DNA of 64,000 nucleotides from Takakia lepidozioides (GCA_030704615.1 CM060732.1:53444001-53508000); one strand, 5' to 3'; positions 1 to 13,321 are shown, numbered from the stretch's first letter. Translations and numbers: made by a program. Notes: a model not told the origin generated them from the sequence alone.

Positions 1-50
1 GTGAGTGGTGGCTGTGCAAAGTCTCAATCTGCACTCTCCTCTCCTGCAAT

Positions 51-618
51 TTTTCTATCTTTGCAATACTCACACACCAATTGTCATCTACTCTCTTTTC
101 CTTGGTATCCAGCCGGTGACTCTGATAACTATAAATTCCCAGGGTCTACAAAAAACCAAGGGCTGAATCTAAGCTGCAGGCATGAGCAACAACTAACCTT
201 GAGACAGCAGGGCAATAGTGGCTGCGTAGAGTCTCAATCTTTTTCTATCTTGCAATACTCACACACCAATTGGCATCTACTCTCTTTTCCTTGGTATCCA
301 GCCGGTGACTCTGATAACTATAAATTCCCAGGGTCTACAAAAAACCAAGGGCTGAATCTAAGCTGCAGGCATGAGCAACAACTAACCTTGAGACAGCAGG
401 GCAATAGTGGCTGCGTAGAGTCTCAATCTTTTTCTATCTTGCAATACTCACACACCAATTGGCATCTACTCTCTTTTCCTTGGTATCCAGCCGGTGACTC
501 TGATAACTATAAATTCCCAGGGTCTACAAAAAACCAAGGGCTGAATCTAAGCTGCAGGCATGAGCAACAACTAACCTTGAGACAGCAGGGCAATAGTGGC
601 TGCGTAGAGTCTCAATCT
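51..618. repeat. Three tandem ~189-bp units (51-240, 241-429, 430-618) duplicating the 3' half of a NOC4 exon plus its splice donor and intron start
   Basis: Near-identical units. On the minus strand each contains AGATTGAGACTCTACGCAGCCACTATTGCCCTGCTGTCTCAAG|gttag (EIETLRSHYCPAVS). Confidence 0.95.
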
Positions 619-3600
619 CCCACAGTGAACTTCCTGTGTCATCAAACCACCACGGTATTGTTCAGAGTCCTAGCACTCCAGACAACTCCAGCAAGCAGCA
701 TTTTTACAAGCCTCACCACTAGACACGAGGGAAACTGCAAGTACAGAGGGTAAAGAGGGTCATCCCAAAATCACAATACTTACTAAGAGCATTACACTTG
801 GCAATGTCAGGCTCAAAGGCCAGAAATGGGTCAGCCCCACGCCTGTGCACCTCACTGACCACAGCCACACTTCCGTTGTTTGTTTCCTCCTCTCTAGATG
901 TGGGTGTTTCTGCCAAACCAGTGTCCTGTCCATTCCAGAAGATGCCCCTGACTAAGAGAGTCCTCAATGATCAGGGTGCACATGCAAGAAAATGATTTTC
1001 ATAATGTGGGATAGGGCAGCTACAGGGACGGCCCATGTTCTTGGCCCAGAAATGTTTTGGTTCCACTCCATTAGCTCTCAAGAGAATGCAGCTCTTTCAA
1101 TACGAGCTTACGCTGTGTTAATTGCAAACACAATGAGGGCATTAGAAGCATACTCGATGCACAAGACAGTTGATGGAAGGATGCCGCCGAAGCAAATTAT
1201 GAACCATAGCTATAATCAGCAGTGCACCAGCTGGTGGGGCTGACAATGCAAGGCGCCCCAACTTCTTAGCAAATGCGGCTGCCAGATAGGCCGGGAGATG
1301 TGATGACTTAAGACATGTGTCAATTAGCTGTCCCATTATCATCAACAATTCTTCAGTATGTGTCAGCCAATAAGGTTTAGTTTCATGAATCCTAAATCCT
1401 TTCTTCATCTCTAAGATCACAAGTAGTGTGGCCCATCTTCAGCGTACGTATCAAGCCCTCTGTGAAGAAAAAAGGAAGATAACCCTTCCTCACTGCAACA
1501 AGATTTTAATGAAGGCACAGACAGCTGAGGTGATAACAAAGCCTGAAACACATTCTTCAGCTCCTTGTCATGCTACTTTCTTGCTTCCTTCTCCTTCTTA
1601 TCAGAGAAATCTATTCACACGAAAATACGAAAACACCTCAACCAAGGAAGATGCAATTCAGGCATCCACAATGGGACCAAACCGAAAGGGCTGTTTAGAC
1701 AGGAACAACTTCAAACCATGTCAAGTGTAGCATGGATATATCTTCACAAGAAAAACTGAGCCAAAGACACGACTCCAATTATGCCTATACGGACCCCCAA
1801 ACCAAGGATGGGATGATGAGGGGACCTCAAAGAAGCGGGCCCGATGTTTGGCAACAAATATGGAAGGTTCCAGGAGGGCATAGAGCTTGTTGTAGAAGTC
1901 AGGATACTCCAGACCATGATTTGTCATGAGAATGAACAGACCATTTAGGGCCATCACGCTGATAAGGCCCCCTATGTCGCATGAGCTTGTTAAGAAGTCA
2001 CTGCACCCATCCCATCCACACCCACAACGCCACTGTAAGACTGCAAGAGGAGGAGATGGCTACAGGGAGGTTGAGGAGAGAAATTGTTGTCTATACAGCT
2101 AGACAAGTTGCAAGCAACAACGTGTCAGAACACCTGAGAAGAATGGGGTTGGTGAGGAATGGAATGACACGCTTGTGCAGCTGCACCAAAACCTGCCCAC
2201 AACTCCAATAATTAGAACTTAACCAGACATAAAGATGGGTGCATTCATAAATCTTTTGAAGACCGTAAAGGCGGCAGAAATGTTCCTAAACGCCTTGACA
2301 TACACCACACAGAAGTCTTTGAAAGTTGCCTACCTTCTACAAATAACCCTTAGTTTGAGAAACCACAGAAAATTTTTAGACTCTTGCTTCTTTCTTTACT
2401 GACAAAGAAACAGTCCGGATACCTTTTTGTAGATGTCCAGCGGAAGAGGCAGCTGAAGAAAGGAGAGCCACACTTTGCTTAGTCGAATTCTTTGCCTCTT
2501 GGTATCCTTGCAAGACTGCACAATTCCTGTTAGTGTCAAAACTCACTGATGCAACGTATCTTTGCTGAAATTACAAAATGTTGCCCTGTCCTTCCTACCT
2601 TCCTGTCTCTCCAAGTAATGCCCTTCCTGTTAATCAGAGAGTTGCAGACCTACTTTCACTGAATCACCAGACTCTTTGCTCTTCAAGATTTTGTCAGCAG
2701 AATTATCGTTCCCACCTGTGCAGCCACCATCCATTCCCAAGCATTCAATTGGTCAAAATACACAATATACCCACTGTGTCATTAGGCTCTGAAGCCTGCT
2801 GCCATGGTTAATTGCACAAACAAGGGAGAGAGAGGAGCAGGCAAGAAATAGCAGAGGTACATGAGTAAAGCAAAAAGTGACAAAAAGTGGGCAAGCAACC
2901 TGACAAACACACACAGTTTCAGACATTAACTTTCCACCAATCAGAGGGTACAGTAGATGCATTAACCCCAATAACACAAAAGTTCATAAGGTAGAGAGGC
3001 CACGCAGGAGCTTACTGCAAGGGCTACTCCAGAGCTGCTCAGGTGTGGTGCTGGCCCCCTCAGAAGATGGTGGAGGCAGGTGGATCAAGATGTCAAACAT
3101 ATTGCGCACCATGCCATGCACACTGCACACCCCAGCAGACTGGAACAATGGTGAATTGGACTATGGTAATGCTGCTAAAAAAGACATAATTGTGATGTTC
3201 ACTAGCATCTAGTCTAACTCAATAATCTATCACAGCAACTGCAGGGTGGAAAGGCATTGTTGGACATGAACAAATAATTGTTACTGCCATTGAAAAATCT
3301 TGTTTTCGATAGCATAGTGAAGGAAGTCAAAGGTGCTGTCCTCGAGCATTCTCTCATGTAAAACTCCTGCCCACGAAACACTAGGCGGATTGCATAACAG
3401 AGACCTAACCTCTACTGAGATTGAGTGAAACGATGGAGTCAATTGCAGCAGCCAACATAACATAAAACTCCTGCATCTCGCAGATTTGCATTGTGTTAGA
3501 TGGCTATTCCTCCCTGAAAGACAGACTATCATCTGTGCTGGCAGGTGGAGTTGAAGGTCAGACCCAATTCCAGATGATGAGGATATGGCATGAGAATACC

Positions 3601-5326
3601 TGATACCACCATGGATGCTGTCATCCTCGTCATCGCTGAAAACTAGCTTATTCCCTACACACCAATTCAGCACTAATTAGAAGCTGTTCTTTGGAAAAAA
3701 AGGGAAGTCCAGAACTGTGACACACTGCATCATGCAAAGAAATGCCCTGGCTTACTAAAAAAGCTAGGCTAACCACCAGCTTCATTTCACATCACCTATG
3801 ACCAAGCAACAGTTTGTGACATAAACACTTAACAGTACCAGATATGAGCTGAGAGAGAGTAGCACCTGCATATTCCCTAGAAATTCTCATTCTTGCAATC
3901 TTCTCCATATTACCATAAGTGAAATAGCTGCATCAGCAATCCAAATGCTCATGTAAGAGTGAAACATTATCCTCCCAATACACAAGACACCAAAGTGTGA
4001 AATCAGGAGCCTATGCACAGAATATTTCAGTAACAGCAGTGCATCTACATGAACAATGGACAAAACGAGTTGAAAGATCTGTCACCTAATATCTACAAAC
4101 TTGAGGTACTGGGATGCGAGCACCCCAAGAATGTCACTATTGAAACCCTTCGACAGCACCTGCAACACCACCCTCTATTAGTATTTGGATACATCTATGT
4201 ATCCAACCTCTGTATGTCACCAGTTAATCCGCCCCCCAAACTTCCATCTCTCTGTCTGGCACGTCATTGTCCTGCTCTCACACAAGGGACCACTGTGATG
4301 CGCAACTTACAAGAGTGGAACACAACTTGAAGTAGAGTTGATTGTTGAACTGCCCTTGTATTTCATGCCGTACAAACTCCATTGTGGCGCTCAAAGCGGC
4401 GGTCTACCATATAGGCCAACGTCAGACAGAACCCAGCTGTGCTCCCCTCAGAGCCTCGGCCTTGCCAATTTCTAGTATCCACTCAGGACCATTGATAATT
4501 ACCACTTACATTCTTGTTCTGCTAGGATATGTCAACAACAAAATCCAATGACCAAGACATTCAATAGCAGCAGGTTCATCTATGTGAAGTTCCACACAGC
4601 GAAACCTCAAGAGCTAGTGATTACGAATTGAGGCATTTCTCAAACCTATATCAAACTATTGCAGAAGGTTCCTGCTGCCAACCCGCCAAATATCTACCTG
4701 GTCAATTGAGGGAGCACCGACCAACAATTCCAACGTCGACGACAAAAGTACTAAATTCACAGTCGCCTGCAATGCAAATATTAGAGGGCATACTTTTACA
4801 AAGAAATGTGGAAGGATGCCAAGTGCTACCGCTGGACTTGTGCCAGTGCACAAAGTAAGAGTGAGAACCCAACCTGAAGCGACGGGAGGGCACCATGACG
4901 CGCTAGGATACGTAGTAAGGTACTCACGAATTCGCGGTACCTGTCCCACACCCAGCTCTTATATATACCTTCTGCTTGGGCTGCACCCACTAATTCCGTG
5001 CCCTCTATATCTCCCCGTCCCTCCTCCCGCTTCTCTCCTCCATTTTTCGCCGCCTCCCCTTTCAAGTCCTCAAGAGCCTTTTTCCTTGCAGCAGGAGAGA
5101 AGTCTCCTGCTCGCAAAAGGGGCAGGAAAAAGGCCTGCAAGCAGTGCACAGATTCTACCAGGCACTTGGGCGACGACGATGCAGCCGGGGGTGATGGCGC
5201 GAAGGAGGCACTCAGAATGGAGAGCAGCACTGGCGCATTGTTGATGTGCGCCCTGGATTGCAGCAGCTCCTTCCCTACCCGCTTTGTCTCCGCCAACGCA
5301 CTGTCCTCAGCAGCCATGCCAACCAT
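576..5326 (-). CDS. NOC4: Nucleolar complex protein 4 (NOC4/UTP19, CBF domain), multi-exon; final exon(s) lie beyond the left edge
   Basis: Exon 1 is 5326-4874 (151 codons, ...KELLQSRAHINNAPVLL...IYKSWVWDRY). Later exons read MALNGLFILMTNHGLEYPDFYNKLYALL, LKSSHLPAYLAAAFAKKLGRLALSAPP, DPFLAFEPDIAKCNAL and SSLWEIETLRSHYCPAVSR (633-576), with GT-AG junctions. Confidence 0.92.
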
Positions 5327-5371
5327 CGCTCCTGTGTGTGCATACACTCCCACTCCCACACTCTCCCTAAC

Positions 5372-5389
5372 CCCTAAACCCTAAACCCT
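5372..5389. promoter_or_regulatory. Telo-box (AAACCCTA) cluster just upstream of the NOC4 start codon
   Basis: CCCTAAACCCTAAACCCT about 45 bp upstream of the ATG. Telo-boxes are typical of plant ribosome-biogenesis genes. Confidence 0.65.
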
Positions 5390-5588
5390 CTCCCTACACC
5401 TTAAAGCCTCTGCCCTCCAGCCCCCACCCGGGTAAAGAAGGAATAAAATATAAATACAAAGAAGATAATAGGAATAATGTAAGAAGTAAGAACCGACTGC
5501 ACACGGGCAACGTCTGACAGGATGGTACGCCGGTTTCCGGCATGTCAAATCTTCCCCACCCTCTCTTGAGAGTGACATGGACTGAAGG

Positions 5589-5725
5589 AGTGTAATCTCC
5601 AGTGGGGTAACCCCGACTAGGTGTGTAACGCCACTTGGGGTTACATTGGGTTACACGACGAGGTGTGTAACGCCACTTGGGGTTACATTGGATTACAAGA
5701 GGAGGTGTGTAACTCCACTCGGTAT
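5589..5725. repeat. About three 42-bp tandem units, possibly a DNA-transposon subterminal region
   Basis: AGGTGTGTAACGCCACTTGGGGTTACATTGG recurs at 5619, 5661 and (degenerate) 5703. Confidence 0.7.
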
Positions 5726-5849
5726 AACTGACACCTTGGTCTCGAAATTTGACTAAGTATAAAATGGACTAACCAAAGTTAAATGAGAAACCGATGAGAA
5801 ACCGGGGAGGGTCACACCGATTGGACTACTAATGCTCAGGTCACACTAC

Positions 5850-5932
5850 AAGAGCCTCCCACCCACTGAGAATCAAACCCTAAACCCCGCCACCTACAAT
5901 GCTATCACCTTACCATCACACAACCGACCACA
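5850..5932 (-). mobile_element. Degenerate tRNA-like/SINE head
   Basis: Minus strand has A-box-like GGTTGTGTGATGGTAAG and B-box-like GGGTTTGATTCTC at tRNA spacing; no intact cloverleaf. Confidence 0.3.
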
Positions 5933-6067
5933 GCTTGCAACCCATTTGCATTTAATAGTGAAACCGAGGTAAGAGGGGGTGGGAAGGATTTGATAGGGGG
6001 CCGCGGGAGGAGCCCAAGCTGCCAGCGAAAGTACCGTCACATCATACGCGTCCATTAAGTTCTTACA

Positions 6068-6950
6068 TTTGTTATTTTATTTTATTTTGGTTGAATGCCG
6101 GAGAGAGACCGAAATTTTTATTTTCAAGAAAGCTGAGGAAAAAATAACCTAAAAAACAAGCGAGTTTATCAATATAAACAAGCCTAAAACGTCGATAGGC
6201 TCTCTTGCTTTCGCAAAACATAAGAGGAAGGTGAGAGTAAGGGGCATGAGTCAGCACAGTCGGACCAATCGGAGCCTTGACATGGTGTAAGGTCCTTTGA
6301 CCACATTTTCTCCATTGACTTGAACATGTTGCAAAGTCTCTCTCTGCAAGACAGCCGACAAAGAAGGGATCGTGGTTTTTGTTCATCCAGAGCCACTCCC
6401 CCGGTTGAATTGAAGCAGCCTCAGAGGGGCCAGGAGGAACCATCTAAAGCTACCATCATATAGGATAATATCCAACTTGGGTGGGACTGGGACGTATGAT
6501 AGCCCCCGTAGCCGAATTGAAGACTCTGTCAGAGAGGCTTCCGGTCTGGTAGCCCAAACGGGGGCGGAATGATTCCCAAGACAGTCAGATGTGAATTCCC
6601 AACCAGAAAGCATGCTCCCCGATCTGAAAGAAGCAAAGAGAGCAAATGGAACTGTCCACTCTACTCCACCCACCATAATGGGAGTCTAGTGCGATTGGCA
6701 GGCAGAGAGCAGATAGAGGTCCATGAAGTCGGGACATTTTGAGTGATCAGACCCCATGCAACGGAGCAGGAGACCTGTTGTGGCAAAAAGGTGCCGCAAA
6801 CCCAAAGGTGAGAAAACTGAGAAGATGCCAGCAATCTCCCATGTCGCCCATCTGCCAGAGCTTTTGAGGAGAAGATCAGAATCAGCAGGGTTTTTTGCTC
6901 TTGCTCGGGGAAGAATACCCCTATCCCACCTGAGGAGTTGCAGCACTACA
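6068..6950 (-). mobile_element. 5'-truncated, internally deleted L1-type LINE (post-RT ORF2 region and 3' UTR)
   Basis: Decayed ORF2 peptides (PGEWLWMNKNHDPFF), AATAAA and an A-rich tail near 6070. Confidence 0.7.
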
Positions 6951-8200
6951 GAGGGTCTTTTGTCTGGTTCCTTTCAGCACCTGTAAGGTTGCTTCAATTT
7001 GACCCGGGGGAGTGGATTTGGATGAGTAAGAAGCACGATCATTTTTTCTCCTACACTGTCAAACTAGGGTATTTATTATTCCCTGCTGATGCCCAAACAG
7101 TCGTTTCAAAACAAGTGGCAGAGAAAATGGGCACATTCCTCTGAGCAACAAATACCTTGGAAGGTCGTCTGGGCTGATGTCTGGAAAAAGCATAGGCCGT
7201 CAAAAGTTGGAAAATTGCGAATAGAATTGTGCTTGTTGGTGCTTCTATTTCGGATCCTCCATCCAACTGTGCTATGTGCAACCTCAACCTCCCGGACGAC
7301 ATGGAACACTGCCTTGTTTTGTGTCCTTTCGCAGCTACAACATGGATCAAAGCTTTCATCCTTTATTCCCATTGGAATGCTTCTCTTACATACTCTACCT
7401 CTGCTGTTCGAACATTAGAAATGGGGCCAGTTCTGCTCGTCATGTGTGGGAAACGTTGAGGGAACTATCTTATGGCAGATTTGGAAAATGAGGTGTACTG
7501 TTGTTTTCCAAAATTCAATGCCATGTTTGCAGAAGCTTTTGCACTTGGCTCACTCAGAGTCTGAAGCTCGCAAGTGTTGGTTGTCTTTTTTTACAGCTTT
7601 GCCAAAATGCGGGACTAGAAGGGGAGCCTAGCTCATCTTTGACTTCGACAGTTCTTGGGGGAAAGGTGGGGTTTTCAGCAAGCGTATTTCGGATTCCAGA
7701 ATCGAATGGGCAGACAGACTGCCTCCTTGCTGGCAGCTCGATTAGCGCTCCATTTTCTCCCTTGGGTTCGGATGGTACTGAAGTTAATTGGAGACACCAG
7801 AAAATGAGTCTCAGAAAGGGGAAGTCGAAAGCCCAGCTTTCGTTTGAGCCTACCAAAGAAAAAAGAGTAGCTCTTGTTCTTCTCCCTTGTATGTTCTTAA
7901 GGCTCTCTCTTAATAATAGCTTGAAGTATAGGCTATTGTAGTTCTCTTGCTCTATAGTTTTGGTTGGCCCTTGGCAGTTTATGTAGGGTACCTTAGTCTA
8001 TGGCTTTCTTCTCTTCTCACTCCTACTTCTTTTTTGTTCTTCTCATTTCCTTCTCTTCTAGTTCTGGCTCGGAGTGGAACCTCAATCATCTGCCTTATGG
8101 CTCTCTGTAAGGTTATTTTTTTCTTACTCTTTTGTAATAAAACTTCCAGGACCACTATCCCCTCTGTTCTGATGAAAAATAAAAATAATAAAAAAATTAG
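6950..8200 (+). mobile_element. 5'-truncated L1-type LINE (zf-RVT/C-terminal region and 3' UTR)
   Basis: FFSYTVKLGY, CAMCNLNLPDDMEHCLVLCPFA (CCHC), ILWQIWKMRCTVVFQN; A-rich tail at ~8175-8197. Confidence 0.85.
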
Positions 8201-8334
8201 AATCAGCGTTGTAATTGCATTATTTTATTTTTGTTGGTAAGCCGCTCCAAAGACTTAGTTTCTATAGCGACTGGCCAAGGCCTTACCGAGCATACCCATA
8301 AACATAGTTGTTGTTGGGCACCATAGTAGTGTCC

Positions 8335-10775
8335 ATTTTAATTTTTAGAGAACAGGGGAACTTGGACCCTGATTAGTTTATTCATAATTATTGAGGGGAA
8401 AAAAATTAAAACCCCTGATACGCCATAGGGCACCCACTGCAAGCAGTGTAAACAGATCCCTGCCTCTCACCTGGAGAGATTTCAAGACAGAAAATCACGA
8501 AGATGCTAATTCCATATCCTTGAAAGCAGCTTAAAGAGTTGCACCTGAAGCCTACGATCTGAGCCAAGCTAAGAGAGAAGGTCGATGGAACATGTATTTT
8601 AAACTTAACAATTGTCAAGGCGAGAGCAGACCAAAAGCTCGATTAAGCGTCTAATCTAAGCATGCTTAAAAAGAAATAATTTCGAGGGTAACCATGATGA
8701 AAAGAGAACCCTATTTATAGTAAAGCCTGGAGGTCGAAGACGATGGCTTCAAATGCTTCCAATTGATATCTCGTTCAAATTCGGGGGAGACAATGGAGGG
8801 GCGAGCATAGATCCCGCCAGCCGAGGGGGGGAGCTCGGACCAGCTGCAGGTGTCCAACGCAGTGGTGTGGCAGATAAGCCCCAGGACTCTCGGAAGGCAG
8901 AGTAGATGGGTGCTGCGTTTCCGGAGTTTCGCTCAACTTCTGCACACATTTTGCACCAAGCTTTTCTTGACTCTACCCCCAAGTCATAAAACACACAAGC
9001 AAGAAGGGCGGAGATCGAGGTTGTTTCCCCTGAAAAGGTCTTTCTGCAACGAGCAAGGTGCCACAGGGTGGAAATGCGAAGAGTCTAAAAAACAGGACAA
9101 TTAAGATATCTCTGTTTGGTATTCTTATCGTAGTTGAGCAGCAGATCTAAAATAGAAAGAGATCTGTTATCCCAGTTCCTGTAGAAGGTTTTCACCAGAG
9201 GCCAGATCTTGGCAGGGGCCTGACAGAAAATGAGACAATGCTCCAGAAACTCCATAATACCTGCAGTACAACAATCACATATCAGGGCTGCTTGAAACTG
9301 CAGCCATTCACCCACTTTGAGAGCCCTATTGACCACCTGCCATAGGAAGGCCGATATCTTGGCTGGGCAAGCTTTTATCCAAACCGAGCTCCAAATGGTA
9401 GACCAATTTTCATCATGAAAGCCATAATGCTCCCATTTGGCTTCCCATTTTTTTGATGGTTAGAGAGAGCTTTATATCCTTTCTTGGTTGTGTAGGAAAA
9501 GAAGGGCTCAAGCGACCCCGAGAATTTCCAAGACCATTCCATCGGGTCAATGTCTAGCTCTCTGCCAATGGCCGGCCTAGAATCCAAACAAAGGTATTGT
9601 CTTCTAGCCATTGCACCAGGGGTGTCAGGAGATCAGGTTTAGGATCCAGGGGTTTGCCAGGGAGAGACCAGCAACAGATGCGCACAGGAGTAAGAGCGGA
9701 GGGGGGGATGTTTATATGGTTTGAGGATAATTGAGAAAGGGATAGTGACATGGTATCTGTAGCAAAGGGAAAGACTGAATGGTGGGAGGGAAATGGGTAT
9801 TTTACAAATAATATGGTCAGACAACCATCGAGAATGGAAAGAGCCCAGAAGGGGAGAGATGGAGCTAGTGGTCCAGAGTTGAGGATAGCCGACCAGTGGG
9901 CAGGTATAGAATCCTTAACTGCCTGATAACCATTTGTTGTCCTCACAGAGCCAACTGCTAGTGCTATATTCTCTTGAGATTTGAATCATGTTTTCACCCA
10001 AATGTTGTGTATCTGGCTGATCCCGAGACGATCCCAAGCTGCCCAGCGATTAGCATGTTGTTTTTTATGGGGGTTAGGATTGTTGGTGTTCATGAAGAGG
10101 TGTTGACGAAGCACCTCATAGAATGAAGATGTTGGATTCTTTTGAAGGAACTGGCGCATCAGGGGCGCATCCTTCCCCAAGCTTGCCAAATGCTTGACCA
10201 CAGCTGGGATCCTTCTGATTTGAGCTTGAAACCCTAGGTTATCCATCGAAGGGATGGCTTCCAAATCATGATCTTTAGAAGAGAGGAGAGGGTAATATTG
10301 TCATACACAAGGAACTTCCACAACCCTCCTTCTGGACCCAAGAATCTTGGGATCCACTTTGCCAAAAGCGCCGAGATCTGAGTTTCCAGATTAATTATTC
10401 CTAGGCCGCCTTTTTTTTTGGGAAGACAAATTTGGATCCAGGCCACTTGAGGCCTTTTTTTCTCCGCTGAGCTTTCAACCCCCCAAATGAAGTTCATGAT
10501 GAGCCCCTTAACTTCCTGAACCTGGGAGCTGTTAGGGCGCCAGGAAGTTGCATAGTACCAGATACCAGCAGATAGTATCTGGTTAGCAGCCAAGACCCTA
10601 CCAGTTATGGAAAGATGCTTACTACCCCAAAAAGCTAAAGTAAGCTTCAGCTTGATTAGGATAGGTTTGAATCTTTGGACATCTGAGAAATCTATGCCAA
10701 ATGTATAACCGAGAAGGGTAGTGGATTCTCCTGGCCCTAGCCATTTGAGACCATAGTTCGTACCCCAGGAAGGCA
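8335..10775 (-). mobile_element. L1-type LINE, 3' half of ORF2 (RT thumb to zf-RVT) plus 3' UTR
   Basis: HLSITGRVLAANQIL, VAWIQICLPKKKGGLGIINL, FFSYTTKKGY, CDCC...EFLEHCLIFC; A-rich tail near 8335-8346. Confidence 0.88.
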
Positions 10776-10780
10776 CCATG

Positions 10781-11132
10781 CATCTGCGGAGCACGTTTTC
10801 TCTGCATATGCCCATCCCACACACAGTTTTTTTTTTTTGCGGTGTTTTTTTTTCTCTGCAGTTGCCCATCCCACACACGTTTTGTTTTTTTTTCGTTCCC
10901 ACGCAGATGCCTTGAAAGTAGTGGGCGGTGCCGCACACTACTTTTAGGGCATCTGCAGTGCATATTTTTTTGGCAGCTGCCCATCCTACACACGTTTTTT
11001 TTTTTTTTTTTTCTCGTTCCCATGCGGTTGCCCTAAAAAACAGTGTGCGGTGCCGCACACTGTTTTCAGGGCATCTGCGGACGTTTTCTCTACAGCTGCC
11101 CATCCCACACATGCAATTTTTTTTGTTTTTGC
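10781..11132. repeat. Minisatellite-like ~120-bp degenerate tandem units with T-runs, sitting where the L1 RT core should be
   Basis: CATCTGC...GCCCATCCCACAC...(T)n recurs at ~10781, 10950 and 11072. Confidence 0.75.
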
Positions 11133-11555
11133 CTGACAAGTATCAGAACATTCTCTCGAAAGACAAAAAGGGACCTGCAGGTGAGGGGAGAGGCAAAGGA
11201 AATGGGAAGGGGAAGTGAACCCAGACGGGTCTCTTTTCAGTGTCGGTTTGTTTGCAATATGCAGCTTAAGTTGGCAGATTGCACAATGTTGCAGTCAATG
11301 AGTCTCTTTTCATTGTCGGTTTGTTTGGAATATGCAGCATAAGTCGGCATACTGTAAATGCGTATTCCCACGGTTATAGGTCCCTCGGATATAGGTATCT
11401 TATCTTTCGCCAAATGTGTTATGACATCTACTGCAATGGCGGATGCTCACGCTTACGTGGCGTGAACGCCACGTCATGCAGAGGGAGCCGTTCACGCCAC
11501 GTCAGCCAAGAGTGAGCTCAGCTCCTAGGCTCACGGGGCTGGGCTCACGCTGTAG

Positions 11556-12625
11556 CTACGCTGGTTGGAGAGCTGAGGGGGCGAGACATGATTGATTGTT
11601 TCGAAAGAGTGATTCAAAGTGAGAGGAGGAAAATGAGGCCATCGCTTTGGGGGTGGTAGCAAGGAGACCAGTAGCCTGATCAACGAGCTTCGAGATGCCT
11701 TGCGAGGCCCTTCTCAATTTGGGTTTGTCAAAGAAGTACTTGGTCAATTTTTCTCAATTGATCCCTGCCTGGAGTTTCTACTTGCGCTCTTGCATCTTGT
11801 GGTGAATGGCCAAGTTGTTCCTAACTTATGTGTAAGTCTGGTAAGTGTACTCGTCATAGCAAGAGGATTCTAATCTTTTCTGAGAGACTGCTAGGCATCT
11901 AGTGAAGGCTTTCACCTTTCTTTTTCTAGTAATGGCTAGTGTGTGACTGAGTCTCTGACTGACTATATAACTGCCCTGAGCTTGGATAAGAATCTATCAG
12001 TGGGGTTCTGCGAGTCACCCGCATGTGACCACGTATTCAGAAGCTCATGTTTGAAGGAGGGAAGTTTGAGAAGCAAGGAGCTGAGCTTGTACAAGCCTCA
12101 GCCGCGGCGCTGAGCTGAGGGGATAGAGATAGATACAGAAATCGGGGCATGATCGAAGCCTAGAGGAATAGGGTCTTGGAGATCCCTTTTAGCCCACTGG
12201 ACCAGATTAAGGGAGACATAAGCTCTGTCTAAACGAGCCATACACAGGTCTGCTAGAGTTCTATTGTTGGTCCACGTAAAAGATAGGTTGGAGGGCTGCT
12301 GTGAGAGGGGAACAACCTCCGTGTGACAGTTGTCTTGGGTGCTGGAGAGCCATCTCTCTAGTTCATCAGGGTTTGGGGAGAAGGGGGCCATCCCTCTCCG
12401 GTCTTCTTGATATTCTACCATATTAAAGTCCCCTGCTATAACCCAGCTGTCAATAGAGTCCTCTGCCAGCATGCATATGGGTACTGAGCAAAGACCAAAA
12501 GGCGCATCTTTCAGCTGATGTATTGGGTGCATAATATTTAGTAACCCTATAGAGCCAGAGTTGTTAGGGAGGTGAGGACAGAGAGCTGAATTCTGCCAGG
12601 TTTTCCCTTGTTTATGCAGTTTTTC
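11556..12625 (-). mobile_element. L1 ORF2 apurinic endonuclease and linker fragment (possibly the 5' part of the 8335-10775 copy)
   Basis: WVIAGDFNMVE, SFTWTNNR, ARLDRAYVS, FDHAPI and TKYFF linker motif. Confidence 0.85.
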
Positions 12626-13321
12626 ATCTATCCTATTCGCCTAATCTTTGCATACTTATTGTTATTTGGCTAAATGAATAGCGATTGTATATCCCATACC
12701 TTTTGTAACTGTCCGTGAAGCTGCCCCCTATATAAAGGACCACAAGCGCCGCACATTCTCCGGGGCCAAGAGGGAATAAAGGGAGACGAGCATCAACCTC
12801 CCGCTCTCTTCCACTCGTCAACTTCTCTCCGGTCTTTACACTCCTGTGTGTTGGCGGATTATGTCTGATTTGCAGAGTGCTGGCTTCCATGGAAGCTCTT
12901 TCAAACGCCTTACCTGTCGCTGTGCTTGTCTCACATCACACTGTCATGAGGGGGCTGACTCGCTAAGGAATTGGAGGGATTTGAATCCAGGAGTGGTCCA
13001 CAGCACAACATTTCAGGAAGAAGCAAGTAAAGGAGCATCAGGGAAAGTTCTGTGAAAGCTCAAGCATTGCACATGCAACGGAGCACTTAATATGCATGAT
13101 TCCATAGAACAGCTCGAAGCCTGGACATCAGCTCTTTCAGGTCCATGAACCCCTTGTGAATTAACTACCTCAATCTTCAGAGGATTGTCTGTAAGAGAAA
13201 AGAACTGCAGACCTGACAACGACCAGAACTCAAAAGAAACAATTGGGTGCAGATGAGCAATGAAACCTGCAGGAGATCGAGATGGAACAAGGAAGTCGTA
13301 TGGCTAATTTGGTCTAAGATC

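Noticed and set aside
1-753. 250-aa plus-strand ORF with three 63-aa repeats
   Set aside because: Antisense by-product of the 189-bp duplication inside NOC4; it starts at GTG on the window edge and has no recognisable domain.
5372-5389. Telomere or chromosome-fusion scar
   Set aside because: Only about 2.5 units beside a ribosome-biogenesis gene; better explained as telo-boxes.
10234-11139. 301-aa ORF with a Cys/Lys-rich repetitive N-terminus
   Set aside because: Chance read-through from the minisatellite into the L1 ORF2 remnant.
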